Shown in pieces: positions 13,526 through 26,161 of a stretch of DNA of 64,000 nt; position 1 is the stretch's first letter; the number at the start of each line of letters is the position of its first letter. The notes beneath the pieces were generated by a model, which was not told where the DNA came from, did no database searches, and saw nothing but the letters and a program-made list of their open reading frames with translations. The stretch covers positions 28,937,027 through 29,001,026 of the forward strand of contig NC_068983.1 in NCBI RefSeq assembly GCF_001194135.2. Direction: 5' to 3'. The stretch comes from Octopus bimaculoides (taxonomy: Eukaryota). The translations under genes and the position numbers were made by a program.

Positions 13526-13876
13526 GGCATAGGAGTGGCTGTGTGGTAAGTAGCTTGCTTACCAACCACTTGGTTGTGGGTTCAGTCCCACTGCATGGCA
13601 TCTTGGGCAAGTGTTTTCTACTATAGCCTCGGGTCGACCAAAGCCTTGTGAATGGATTTGGTAGATGGAAACTGAAAAGAAACCCGTCGTATATATGTAT
13701 ATATACATATGTGTGTGTGTATGTGTTTGTGTGTCTGTGTTTGTCCCCACCAACATCGCTTGACAATCGATGCTGGTGTGTTTACGTCCCCGTAACTTAG
13801 CGGCTCAGCAAAAGAGATCGATAAAATAATTACTGAGCTTCCAAAGAAAAAGTCCTGGGGTTGATTTCGATTTGCT
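13526..13876 (+). mobile_element. SINE family A (cut by assembly gap)
   Basis: Near-identical to other family A copies; ends at the N run starting 13877. Confidence 0.85.
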
Positions 13877-14528
13877 NNNNNNNNNNNNNNNNNNNNNNNN
13901 NNNNNNNNNNNNNNNNNNNNNNNNNNNNNNNNNNNNNNNNNNNNNNNNNNNNNNNNNNNNNNNNNNNNNNNNNNNNNNNNNNNNNNNNNNNNNNNNNNNN
14001 NNNNNNNNNNNNNNNNNNNNNNNNNNNNNNNNNNNNNNNNNNNNNNNNNNNNNNNNNNNNNNNNNNNNNNNNNNNNNNNNNNNNNNNNNNNNNNNNNNNN
14101 NNNNNNNNNNNNNNNNNNNNNNNNNNNNNNNNNNNNNNNNNNNNNNNNNNNNNNNNNNNNNNNNNNNNNNNNNNNNNNNNNNNNNNNNNNNNNNNNNNNN
14201 NNNNNNNNNNNNNNNNNNNNNNNNNNNNNNNNNNNNNNNNNNNNNNNNNNNNNNNNNNNNNNNNNNNNNNNNNNNNNNNNNNNNNNNNNNNNNNNNNNNN
14301 NNNNNNNNNNNNNNNNNNNNNNNNNNNNNNNNNNNNNNNNNNNNNNNNNNNNNNNNNNNNNNNNNNNNNNNNNNNNNNNNNNNNNNNNNNNNNNNNNNNN
14401 NNNNNNNNNNNNNNNNNNNNNNNNNNNNNNNNNNNNNNNNNNNNNNNNNNNNNNNNNNNNNNNNNNNNNNNNNNNNNNNNNNNNNNNNNNNNNNNNNNNN
14501 GATGATGATAAATATATATATATATAAA

Positions 14529-14568
14529 GGCGACTCGAGTTTCAGGGCTATTTCCCTTCGTCATGGCC
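14529..14568 (-). ncRNA. Minimal type I hammerhead-ribozyme-like motif (one extra nucleotide in core)
   Basis: Minus strand reads GGC|CATGACGA|AGGG-AAATAG-CCCT|GAAA|CTCGAG|TC|GCC: stem I GGC/GCC, 4-bp stem II, palindromic ACTCGAGT stem III and a GUC triplet. Confidence 0.55.
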
Positions 14569-14592
14569 GGTATGACAGACTTTAACAGACTG

Positions 14593-14635
<43 letters not shown>

Positions 14636-14666
14636 TACACATATACCACATACACATACATATATA

Positions 14667-14720
<54 letters not shown>

Positions 14721-15766
14721 ATGAGCTTCCACAAAGTTTCTATCTTCTATATTTCATTCATAGGACATTATTGGCCAACCTGAACCTACAAGATATTGCA
14801 TAATGTCTTCAAACCTGAAGCCATATTCTTACAAAGCAAGCTTCTTAAACACACACACACCTGCCTGCATATATACTTAATATATACACATATGCATACA
14901 AGCACACACACACACACACATACAGATACACCTACTTTAAGGTAAATATCTGATAGCCATAACAAAATGGAACATTTTATAACTAACATTAATGGCAATT
15001 TAAGATAAAAATTGTACATTTTTTTCACATTTAGAATTCTCAGACATTAGAGCAAAGATGGAATAATGCACATCATTAGAATTCTGATTAATTCTAGAGA
15101 CATACTTGTTTTTTTTATTTTTTTTATTTTGTCACTTCTAACCCCAATTTAGCTGACAGTTCCACAAAGTCTGTGTAGCACAAAATTTCAACATTTAACC
15201 TCTCAGCTTTTAAGTGACGTACTGGTGTCTCTCAAATGTGTATGTACTCAGTCAAATACACTAATATTTTCTATCTGTAATATTTCATCTAATTATTTTC
15301 TTATAGTTTATTAATCTTTGACTGTTCTGATTCACTGGGTAGAATAATGGAAGTTAGTTTTAATGGCCCTTGTTTGGCAGACATCTATTGGTAACAATGA
15401 AATGAAATTGGTTATTGTATGTGTGCACAAGTTTCTTTTATTGTTGGTTGTTTTTAACAAGATAGTTAAATGAGAAGTATCGCTTCTCATGGTCTGTGCA
15501 AGTTTCCTATGACTAATGAGACTGAAGTGAATTTTGTTCAGATTGAACATCTGTAGTTCAGTAGTTCAGTGAATCTGCAAGAAAATATGGACAAGAAGGG
15601 ATTGTAGAGTTATCATTCTGCTAATGAAGGACTGGGAAACGTATATGTAACAAAACTTAGAAGCTGAGGTACAGTAAAAGACAAATCAATTTTGGTGAAG
15701 AGAGATATGCTAAGAAGTTATTTCAGAAGAACAGAGAAAGTATTGTAGAGGTGCATGTAGAGGCAG

Positions 15767-15830
15767 CCACTACAATGTCCAGTTCTTTTTGCACTACAAT
15801 GTCCAGTTCTTTTTGCACTACAATGTCCAG
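15767..15830. repeat. 24-bp tandem repeat, about 2.7 copies (CACTACAATGTCCAGTTCTTTTTG)
   Basis: Directly visible; gives QKELDIVV repeats in ORF 15723..15926. Confidence 0.9.
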
Positions 15831-16009
15831 TCCTTGTGGCTTGTATTCCTCAATGACCCAGAGAGCTATGCCTGTGAGGCACAAACTCCTCATAGAGCCT
15901 TCCATACTGGACAGGTAAACTAACACAGGTTAGACTAATATGCATCATCTCTTCCCAGAGATAAAAATGGGTTTGTGTCAGGCAAACAGCCCATACTTAG
16001 GAATAAACA

Positions 16010-16268
16010 AAGTTACAGACGCATGAATGACAATTTAAAACCATTAAAACATGAAAGAAGAAGGCCTTCTTTCAAAGAAACATGTGCTCACAGGGGAAGC
16101 AGAAAAGAGGATGCTCTAAAAATAGTTTGAGATAGGATGCTAAAGCAGAGTTGAAAAAGCATGGATCCAGCTGGAGAGAAATAGACAAGGCAGCCATATT
16201 CAAGAGCAGTGGTAAAAAGTCATTGATGGCCTATGCTCCATTAGGAGAGAAGAGCTTACGTAAGTAAA
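16010..16268 (+). mobile_element. RTE-like LINE 3' end relic
   Basis: Degenerate GKQKRGCSKNSLR*DAKAELKKHGSSWREIDKAA...IDGLCS C-terminus followed by a TAAGTAA-type tail. Confidence 0.5.
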
Positions 16269-16744
16269 TATAGAGACAGTGGGTAGAAAGAGCCTATCTC
16301 TATGTTAGTGGGTTGAGCTTCTGGGTGCTTACATGTTGACCAATGAATAAAATGATCATATTTTAGATGCAATTGAAGATGTTTCTATTACATGTTATCA
16401 ACAGCATTGTCTAACATATGAAAGAAGTACAGTGCACCAGTATATGTCTTACTTGATTGTTGTAGTGGACTAACATATAATTAGGTCTCAAGGGTTTCCA
16501 AACTCAAAAGAAGAACCTTTGTTTTTGCTATTTTGTCCATTATATTCCTCTTTGTTTTACTTTTTCTGTTTTCAAATGTTTATGCATATATTAATTCTGT
16601 GATACACCATTAATTGGTGGGTAATGGCTTTAAACCTGGCAACAGATTGGAACTGGTGTCTCTCAAATGTGTATGTACTCAGTCAAATACACTAATATTT
16701 TCTATCTGTAATATTTCATCTAATTATTTTCTTATGCATTAGAC

Positions 16745-17011
16745 CAATGGTTCCCCAAGTGGACGGTACTGCCCCTCTGGGGGTAGTAGAAAGATACAGA
16801 GGGGCACTGCAGAAAAGTGGAGCAATAATGGGGTGGCCAAAATGGAGTGATCAATGTAAAAACAACAAAATAATGGGTTAATTAGGTTAAGTTTTATATA
16901 TGAAATAAAGTTGCTTTGAATTTGATGCAGAAAGTGGTTTGTGTTTGTGGTAGTAAGTGGGAGGGGCACTAGGAATGTGGCCTCAGTGCCAAAGAGGTTT
17001 GAGAACCACTG
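16745..17011. mobile_element. hAT (Charlie/MER5-like) MITE
   Basis: Termini CAATGGTTCCCCA / TTGAGAACCACTG; flanking 8-mers CATTAGAC and TATTAAAT match at 5 of 8. Confidence 0.65.
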
Positions 17012-17772
17012 TATTAAATGATATTTAGACATTCTGCTATTTGTAAAATACTTATTACCCACTGATGCTAGCAATTAAATACAAATCAATTTTATATGTT
17101 AACTATACCTAACCTTACAGTTAATTATCAAACCTAAACAAATAAACTTTATAAACTTAATCAACCCAAATGAATAATTCCCTATCTCAGTTAACCATTT
17201 TTGGTCTCACCTTAGTAAGGGATAATATATAAGACCATATTCAGACATTCTGCTATTTGTAAAAATACGTTTTACCCATGGATACATAACATTCCAATCT
17301 ATTATACCCATATTTAATGCCTGAACTATTTTTTACAAATTGAAGTTGCTATCCTCAAATGATCACATGACTCTGCAATTCTACACCTTAACACTTCTAT
17401 GAACTCCTGTTTTCCTTATCTTAGATATCATATCCTTTTTATTATTATACAGGATTCATTAAACTTACTTTTATAATCCAGGTGGCAGATTCAATTTAAT
17501 ACAAGAGTTCACTTTTTTAGCATTATGAACCAGCTCTATGTTTATATCTATATGCTTCTATATGAATCCTTATACATATTTGTTATTTTAAGATATCTAT
17601 ATGTACATGTATGTATTTATACATATGCATATGCCAATGTGTATATATTTGTATGTGTGTGTGTGTGTGTGTGCGTGTGTGTGTGTATATATATATATAC
17701 ATACATACACACACACACACACACACGCATATATATATATATATATATANNNNNNNNNNNNNNNNNNNNTAT

Positions 17773-17957
17773 ATACTCTTTTACTTGTTTCAGTCATTTG
17801 ACTGCAGCCATGCTGGAGCACCACCTGAGCTTAGTTACTTATTCTATCGATCTCCTTTGCCGAACCGTTAAGTTATGGGGACATAAACACACCAGCATCG
17901 GTTATCAAGCTATGTTGGTGGGGGGGGGGGGACAAACACAGACACAAATATATACAC

Positions 17958-17989
<32 letters not shown>

Positions 17990-18035
17990 ACGATGGGCTT
18001 CTTCCAGTTTCTGTCTACCAATTCCACTTACAAGA
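17773..18035 (-). mobile_element. SINE family A, 3' half
   Basis: Reverse complement of family A tail and body; abuts the truncated pogo relic. Confidence 0.8.
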
Positions 18036-18036
18036 C

Positions 18037-19003
18037 CAATAATTGATACATCTAACAGCTGCAAGCAAGATGTTGTTTTAGGAGGTATAAGTTTGAGAAT
18101 TGTATTTCTACATTTGAACACTTCTAGGAGCTCTGTTTTCTTGTGCACTGAGCATTCAGTCATGAATAGCACTGAATTTTGTGCATGGAATAGTTGTACT
18201 GTTCTCTACCCAAACACTTTGTCAGCCCACAGCTGCATGAGTTCATATGTGATTGATCCCCTGTTGGAGACTGTTAAGTAAATATTCTTTGGGACCTTGA
18301 TTTTAGGCAGGTTTTTCAATTCTTTAAGGATAATCATTGTTTTCAACACTTTTAAACGAGCTTTGATAGCACCACAGTGGCTAGCATCTACATTTTTATT
18401 GTCAACAAATTCTATGGTCATTGAACTCAACATGTCAACATATACAGGTGATTCATCCATATTATAAATCTGGTCGGTATCCTTATCTATTGTTAATACT
18501 AGAAGACTATCTAGATAGTCATTGGTGACTTGTGCCTTTTCTCCAAGTGTTTTATTGTCTGCTTGACCAACATGTGTAATCTTTCTCAGTCAGTTTCTTC
18601 CATTTCATGAAATTGAAAATCCATTTATCAGAACATCTAAAACTGTTCATTTCCAATTCCAAACCTTTTTACCAATTCAAAAGTATATTTCCGTACACAG
18701 CAGTAATTTACAATTATATTGTTTGCACAGTGAACAACAATCCACTGTAAGAGTTCAATCTCTAGATCCCTATGTGCTGGTCCTCTACCTCCACCAACTG
18801 ATCTGCACCTCCTCTTGTCTGACTTATGGATTAACTCAGTTTCTTTTGTGCACCATTCTTTCAATCATTTTCTATCAATACCTGTCTCTTGACGCAGCAG
18901 ATAAATTGCCAGAATGTTCTTTCACTCGTTAAATAACACTCAATTTTTTAGGAATGGTATATGAACATTGAACATGTTTTGATATATTTTCTTTCGACTC
19001 CAT
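18037..19003 (-). pseudogene. pogo/Tigger-family DDD transposase pseudogene
   Basis: ATG at 19003: MESKENISKHVQCSYTIPKKLSVI*RVKEHSGNLSAASR (N-terminal HTH); GGGRGPAHRDLEIELLQWIV (CENP-B/Tc5-type HTH); NMDESP, MTECSVH and IPPKTTSCLQLLDVS (DDE_1-type motifs). Contains stops and frameshifts. Confidence 0.85.
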
Positions 19004-21008
19004 TATTTGGAATAAAAATCCTTTTAATTTATCTACAGACGTAGAGCAAATGAACGTCTAAACAAGAACACTAACTCTGTTTCAACTTTAAACCTCAAAT
19101 AACCACCCATCCAAATAAACGCCCATGGGTGATCTAATGGATGGGTGGATTTTGGGAAAACCCAGGTAAATTCATCTGCATGTTCACACTGGTTGAATAC
19201 TTGTATAGAGATGTTTTATTTTAAATGATATACATAGTATTTGAATTTTCTGGTGAATTCTATTTGCAGAATAATTAAAAATTAAAGCAAAAAAAATCTA
19301 GAAAAATTTAGCATTCCAAATTTTTCCAGTCTTTTGTTTTGGTGTGTGCGTGCGTGCGTGCATGCGTGCATGTGTGTTCACATGCATATCAGTTTCCATG
19401 TATTTGTTTACATTTGCACTGTTTCAAAAATCCTTGAGTTACAAGCTGTGAGGTTATTTACATTTCTCTTTCTTTCTGTGAAATTCATCAAGATTTTGGT
19501 CAGCCCAAGACTAGCGTAAAAGAAACTTGCTTAAAGTGCTATGATGTGGGATTAAACTGAAAACCAGGTGGTTAAGAAGAGAATTTCTTAACCATACAGC
19601 CATGCCTAAAGATTAACAAACAGACACAAAAGGTAGTTACTTTAAACTTTGCAGTAGCAGTGTATTAATTATACATACCACCTGATACTAACAATCACAA
19701 TAATGAAACTAATAACCAATCAAGCTTGATTTAAATCTGAGCATTTTTATTCAGCCAAAATATTATATCTGTGAAGTCAGACATAAAAACATGAAAGACA
19801 AGAGACAAATTTATATCTGCTTATTAACTGTGTTTCTTACATAACAATATTCAATATTAAACATTAAACAAATAACCGTTGAAAACTACGGCATTCTTCA
19901 ATGTCTCTGACTCCATCTCATTAATGATTTGTTCAAACGTAGCATGTAATTGATAGAAATTCTCAAACAAGAACAAACAACATATGCATATTCATTTACT
20001 TTCATTTCTGAAATGATTCCTTTATAATTTTAAATCTCTCTTCTGATCTTTAATTCTTGTTGGTGAATCTGCTATTCATTAATAATAAATTAAACAGGAA
20101 AATCAACAATATATATATAAATGTAAAAGTTGTGTTAAAAGTATGAAATTCATTAAACAGAAAAAGATCTACCAAAAGATATAAACTTATCTGTTCTTAC
20201 AATCAATGTTGAAGTCAACTAGAAATAAGACATTGCAGATTTTTCTAGGTACCTTATTTGTTATATTTACATCTATCAAAACAGCTTGTTATTCACTGAA
20301 AGGTGAAGGTCACATACAGATTATTCTTCAGGAGTATATTTTCTGTTTACTTCTAATATATACGTTATAATCAAAAATATTTCAAATGTAATCCATCTAG
20401 CTTAGGTTTTACAAAAATTTTTGAAAGCAAATGTCTGCCTGACAGCATGTGATACTAATTAAAATGACATACAAAACATACTTGCTTTTATCTCTTACCA
20501 TAAATTTAATATTTTTCAATAACACTTATATATTACAGACAGTGATCATCAGTAATCTCTATTTACATATCAAATTGTTATCCACATTGTTTTTTCAATC
20601 AAATAAAATGGAATAATTTTAAGTATTGCAACAGAATGTTGGGGTTTTTTGTTTGTTTTGGGGTTGTTTTTTTTTGTTGTTTTTTTTACAATTTGCTGTT
20701 TTTGTGAATTTTATTCTCCAAGAAAAGCAAATAAAAACCATTAACATGATATATTTTAGACTGTCAGAAGCATTCTCAACATCCAATACAGAATGATTTA
20801 CTAAGACTTTGATTTTTTAACCTAGTTATAATTCAAATTAGTCATCTTGTGAATTAATATATATCATAGATACAGGAAGTGTTTTAGACATGATAATAAA
20901 TTTTACACATTTAGGTGTAAGTGTGGCTTACCAACCATGTGATCATAGGTTCAGTCCCATTCTGTGTACCTTTGAGCAAGTGTCTTCCACTATAAACCTT
21001 GGCCAACC

Positions 21009-21045
<37 letters not shown>

Positions 21046-21110
21046 CATGTGTGTATGTCTGTAAATATATGTTTTTGTGTGTGTTTGTGTGTACCCTTAT
21101 CTGGGCAGTG

Positions 21111-21415
21111 AAGGTATGTGGCTTAGTAGTTAGGGTATTTAGCTCATGATCACAAGGTCGTGAGTTCAATTCCTAGTGACATATTGTGTCCTTGAGCAAG
21201 ACACTTTATTTCACATTGCTTGAGTCCACTCAGCTAACAAAAATGAGTAGTACCTGTACTTCAAAGGGCCAGCCTTGTCACATTCTGTGTCACACTGAAT
21301 CCCCTTGAGAACTATGTTAAGGGCATACGTGTCTGTGGAGTGTTCATCTACTTGCACATTAATTTCATGTGCAGGCTGTTCCATTGGTTGGGTTAACTGG
21401 AACCCTCATCAGTTT
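21111..21415 (+). mobile_element. SINE family B, decayed (TGTGTCCTTGAGCAAGACACTT core)
   Basis: tRNA-like head (TGGCTTAGTAG, GAGTTCAATTCC); body shared with 27518-27905. Confidence 0.7.
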
Positions 21416-21742
21416 AAACAACAGAGTGCCAGTGTCTTGACATCATGTGATGACTGTAAACGAGCATCACTGTTATACAAATGTTCTTTTCCATCTTCCA
21501 TTAAATGCATGTCTGACCATGAGGAAATACTATTTTGCTTCAAAACAGGTGAGGGTTGGTGACAGGAGGGACATCATCCAGTTGTATAAAATCAGCCTCA
21601 ACAATTTCTATCTGACCCATGCAAGCATGGTAAAGTGGACATCAAATAAGGATGTTGATATGGAATTTTAGGTCCATTTTCAAAATGGAATTTTTAACAC
21701 TATTAGATAATTAATTTTCTTCAAATGAAAAAAACATCAAGA

Positions 21743-22184
21743 GGCGCAGGAGTGGCTGTGTGGTAAGTAGCTTGCTTACCAACCACATGGTTCTGGGTTC
21801 AGTCCCACTGCATGATACCTTGGGCAAGTGTCTTCTACTATAGCCACGGGCCGACCAAAACCTTGTGAGTGGATTTGGTAGGCGGAAACTGAAAGAAGCC
21901 TGTCGTATATATGTATATATATATATTTATGTATATATATGTATATATATATATATATATATATGTATGTTTGTGTGTCTGTGTTTGTCCCCCCAACATT
22001 GCTTGACAACCGATGGTGGTGTGTTTACATCCCCGTAACTTAGCGGTTCAGCAAAGGAGACTGATAGAATATGTACTAGGCTTACAAAGAATAAGTCCTG
22101 GGGTCTATTTGTGTTCGACTAAAGGCGGTGCTCCAGCATGGCCACAGTCAAAATGACTGAAACAAGTAAAAGAGTAAAAGAGTA
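21743..22184 (+). mobile_element. SINE family A, full length
   Basis: Complete head, central (TA)n and GAGTAAAA tail. Confidence 0.9.
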
Positions 22185-22519
22185 ACATATTTTAATCACA
22201 TCAGAATATTGCTGCTTCTGTTATTGTTTAGTTCCAAGTCAGCTCTGATTAATTGGACCTTTCATTAAAGGCATGTCACCTGTAAGCATCCAGCCTTTTT
22301 GTATGTTGGGGGGGCTAAACTGTCCAACGTATCTTTCCATTTATGTTTTTTGAGATATTTTTTGGAAAGTGGATGGTGTTAAGAAGGGCTTCAAGCCAGT
22401 ACTCTGACCCATTGAGGAGGACAATAATTTTGAATAAGAATTGACTTGGAACATGACAACCCATCTAATCTATACCAGCAAGGGAAGAGGATGTAAATGA
22501 TAATTATGGTGATGAAGAT

Positions 22520-22853
<334 letters not shown>

Positions 22854-22986
22854 TATGTGCTGCCACACAGTTTCCTTCTAGAATATCTTGCTTACAAGGT
22901 ATTGGTCAATATGTGGCTATGGTAGTGGACACTTGCACCAGACTGATACTAACCCCAGAACCATGCTTGCAAAGTTAACATTTATA

Positions 22987-23146
22987 GGCGCAGGAGCGGC
23001 TGTGTGGTAAGTAGCTTGCTTACCAGCCTCATGGTTCCGGGTTCATTCCCACTGCATGGTACCTTGGGCAAGTGTCTTCTACTATAGCCTCGGGCCAACC
23101 AAAGCCTTGTGAGTGGATTTGGTAGATGGAAACTGAAAGAAGTCCG

Positions 23147-23184
<38 letters not shown>

Positions 23185-23404
23185 GTGTGTGTATATGTTT
23201 GTGTGTCTGTGTCCCCCTAACACCGCTTGACAACCGATGGTGGTGTGTTTAGGTCCCCGTAACTTAGAAGTTCAGCAAAAGAAACCGATAGAATAAGTAC
23301 TAGGCTTACAAAGAATAAGTCCTGGGGTCGATTTGCTCGACTAAAGGTGGTGCTCCAACATGGCCGCAGTCAAATGACTGAAACAAGTAAAAGAGTAAAA
23401 GAGT
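22987..23404 (+). mobile_element. SINE family A, full length
   Basis: Complete head-to-tail match to 21743-22184. Confidence 0.9.
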
Positions 23405-23886
23405 ATCTGAACCACAGAGATATGCCTGCACTCACAATGCAGTAGAAAATTTTTAACTTTAATTTTGAAACTAAAACAACTCAGTATCTTCCTCTTTATC
23501 GACATCATCCTTAACATCACCAAAACCATTTTTCTATCTGATTTCCCATGCTAGCAAGCATTTTGAGCCAGTGTTTTATAGCCATATACCTTTCTTGAAG
23601 CCAACATAAATACAGTTTTCTAATAAATGTTATAGATTTCTCCATCCAATAAAAAATTCAAAAAAATTGTTTAAATCTCTCATCAGACGCATTTCTAAAT
23701 TTTGCTTAAAATTTAATAATGATTGATTGTGCTGCACTGTGCATAACAGTACTGAAGACTTACAAAAGTAGAAATTTTATAAAATTATAAAGGTGTGTCT
23801 TTTTTTTCTTGTATGCATCTGTCATTAGTTGACAGGAGAATATTTTTTAGTGGCTATGAAATAATAATAATAATAATAATAATAAT

Positions 23887-24262
23887 AAAGCTTTTGATAG
23901 TCTACCACATAGCTGGATTAAGAAATGTCTGGAAATGTATAAAATAGCACCTACTCTGCAAAACTTCTTATCTGTAAGTATGAGATCATGGAGAACCATA
24001 CTGACTTTGAACAGTGACAATGAATCTCTCAATGCTGGAGGTGTAAGAATTTCGTGTGGCATTTTCCAAGGTGACTCTCTATCACCAGCTCTTTTGTCTA
24101 GCCTTATTACTTCTCTCAAAATTGCTTGGTGATGTACAATATGGCTATAAAATGTTTGGTAAAATTATAAATCATCTCTTTTACATGGATGATTTAAAGC
24201 TCTTTGCAAAAAATGACCAACAACTACAGGGCTTACTAGCAATTATTAAGCAATTCAGTGAT
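23887..24262 (+). mobile_element. R4/Dong-clade non-LTR reverse transcriptase fragment
   Basis: KAFDSLPHSWIKKCLEMYK...GIFQGDSLSP (frameshift) LFCLAL...INHLFYMDDLKLFAK; preceded by (TAA)n at 23860-23888. Confidence 0.8.
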
Positions 24263-24590
24263 AAGTGGTGAAACATGATCTTTGAACATTAGGCCCCACA
24301 GAGGTGATGACAAGTGATCAAGACCTCTGGCAGTATACTGTGCATGAGAAAACTCCTCAGGCCAAGCGAAATAGTAGCTGTGGCCAGGCTGGTGTCATAT
24401 AAATGGCACCCATGCATCATAGCGTGGTCATTGAGGGTACCATGTAAATGAAACCCATGAATCGTATCATAGTCATCGACGGTGTCAAGGAAATGGCACC
24501 CGGGAATCGTGGTTGTTGGTGGTGCCATGTAAATGGCACCTGTGAGTTGTGGTCATTGCCAGTGCTATGTAAAACTATAGTGGCTTAGTG
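24263..24590 (+). mobile_element. RTE 3' end and 3' UTR fragment
   Basis: VVKHDL*TLGPTEVMTSDQDLWQYTV C-terminus, then imperfect CATGTAAATGGCACC repeats; similar to 28600-28800. Confidence 0.6.
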
Positions 24591-24675
24591 GTAATTTCAC
24601 ACTCTTCAAAACCCTGGAACTCCAGTACCAGGTCCCCACAACCAGATGCAGTTTAAAGTCATACCCAGAATGCAC

Positions 24676-24717
<42 letters not shown>

Positions 24718-24727
24718 NNNNNNNNNN

Positions 24728-24791
<64 letters not shown>

Positions 24792-25047
24792 ACCATTATC
24801 ATCGTCATTGTTTTGCATCCACTTTCCATGGTGACACAGGACAGAAAGACTACCATATCCAAGACAGGTACACATTCAGAGCAACCCCACTCCTAGGCAT
24901 AGCTGTATACATATGTCCATTGGCAAAGGATGTAAACAATAGTGAACAAACTGGAATGAAACAACTGTATTTGTTGAGTGAAATCCTTTGTGATAGTTGT
25001 TCTGCAATGAGTAACATGCACTCTCCTTTACATCTCAACGTTATTAA

Positions 25048-25269
25048 TCCTTTAGCATTCAGATTACTCTTTTAAACATAATACTTATTACATTCACATT
25101 GTTTTGTATTAATCATGAATTACCTTACAGCTTTGAAATTTTGATGACGTAATTGCTTTAGTTTTAGAATGGCATTGTAGGGAAGGTGTGAGTGGCCAGA
25201 TCTGGCCAGTTTGAACATAAACCAGGTAGAATATTTGGGCTGGATACAGCCAGTGTGAATGCTAAAGGG
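25048..25269. mobile_element. piggyBac-type MITE, complete
   Basis: TTAA (25044-47) TCCTTTAGCATTC ... GAATGCTAAAGGG TTAA (25270-73); 13-bp TIRs with one mismatch. Confidence 0.8.
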
Positions 25270-25764
25270 TTAATACAGTGAACCAGAGACTGACCTGTTG
25301 AAAACTTGTAATGAACAATGCTATTGTGCACCAATTTCAATATAAAATATTAATAAACACCCTGTTTGATAATTCTACACCAAATGGCAGCCATTTTGTT
25401 GAAAAGAAAAAAATGAATGTCACTACTCCAATTTTGTTACCTCTTGAGGATACAAATGCCTATAAGTCAAGCAGAAATGAGATAATTGATATTTGATGTT
25501 TATTGTTTTGCTTATGTGTGAAATGAATTACTATATTTTTTTTTAATCACTTAGAATAATAATAGAGTTTTGAATAGGAAAGCAGTATGGTTTCCCATTC
25601 ATAAACCAGACACCTCGTTAACACAATTTCCAGTCCACTTCAGAACACTGAAAACAAGGTGGATATTTTCCTATTAGTTAACACACATGGTTGGTCTATT
25701 GGTTAAGTTGCCTTGCTCGTAATCTTAAGATTGTGGGTTCAGTTCCTTGACCAGGGAGCATGTT

Positions 25765-26161
25765 TGTCAAATCCAAATTGGTTAATGGTTTCAATCGTCT
25801 GGGTGGCCATGTGTGGGCATGCATTGTCATGCAACAACAAAACTTTCTTTGACAATAGGCTTCAGCGTCTGGTGTGAATTGCAGGCTTCAGCTTGTTGGC
25901 CAGCAAAGCACTGTATCTTGCATTGTTGATCATACACTGTGGATCAGATCACTGTTCTTTGTTTTTCTTTGGTGCACATTGCTAGTGTAGCAACTATGCT
26001 TATACTGTAAAGCTAGAAAGAAAAATGGTGTGATCAGGCTCAAACTTCGATCACATGACCACAATAGTACCAACTATAAACACACATGCGCAGAAGGCAG
26101 TGTGACAATAATAAAGATATGTTATGGAGAAAGTGCAGATAGTTTTTGACTTTTCCTCGTA
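25765..26161 (-). mobile_element. mariner relic with internal deletion
   Basis: Terminus TA|CGAGGAAAAGTCAAAAAC at 26161; N-terminal CTKEKQRTVI joined to INNARYSALLANKLKPAIHTRR*SLLSKKVLLLHDNACPHMATQTIETINQFGFD (HDNA motif). Confidence 0.75.

Noticed and set aside
21385-21420. Minus-strand CTGATGA followed by GGGTT..AACCC stem
   Set aside because: No GAAA or stem III follows; other family B copies lack CTGATGA at this position.
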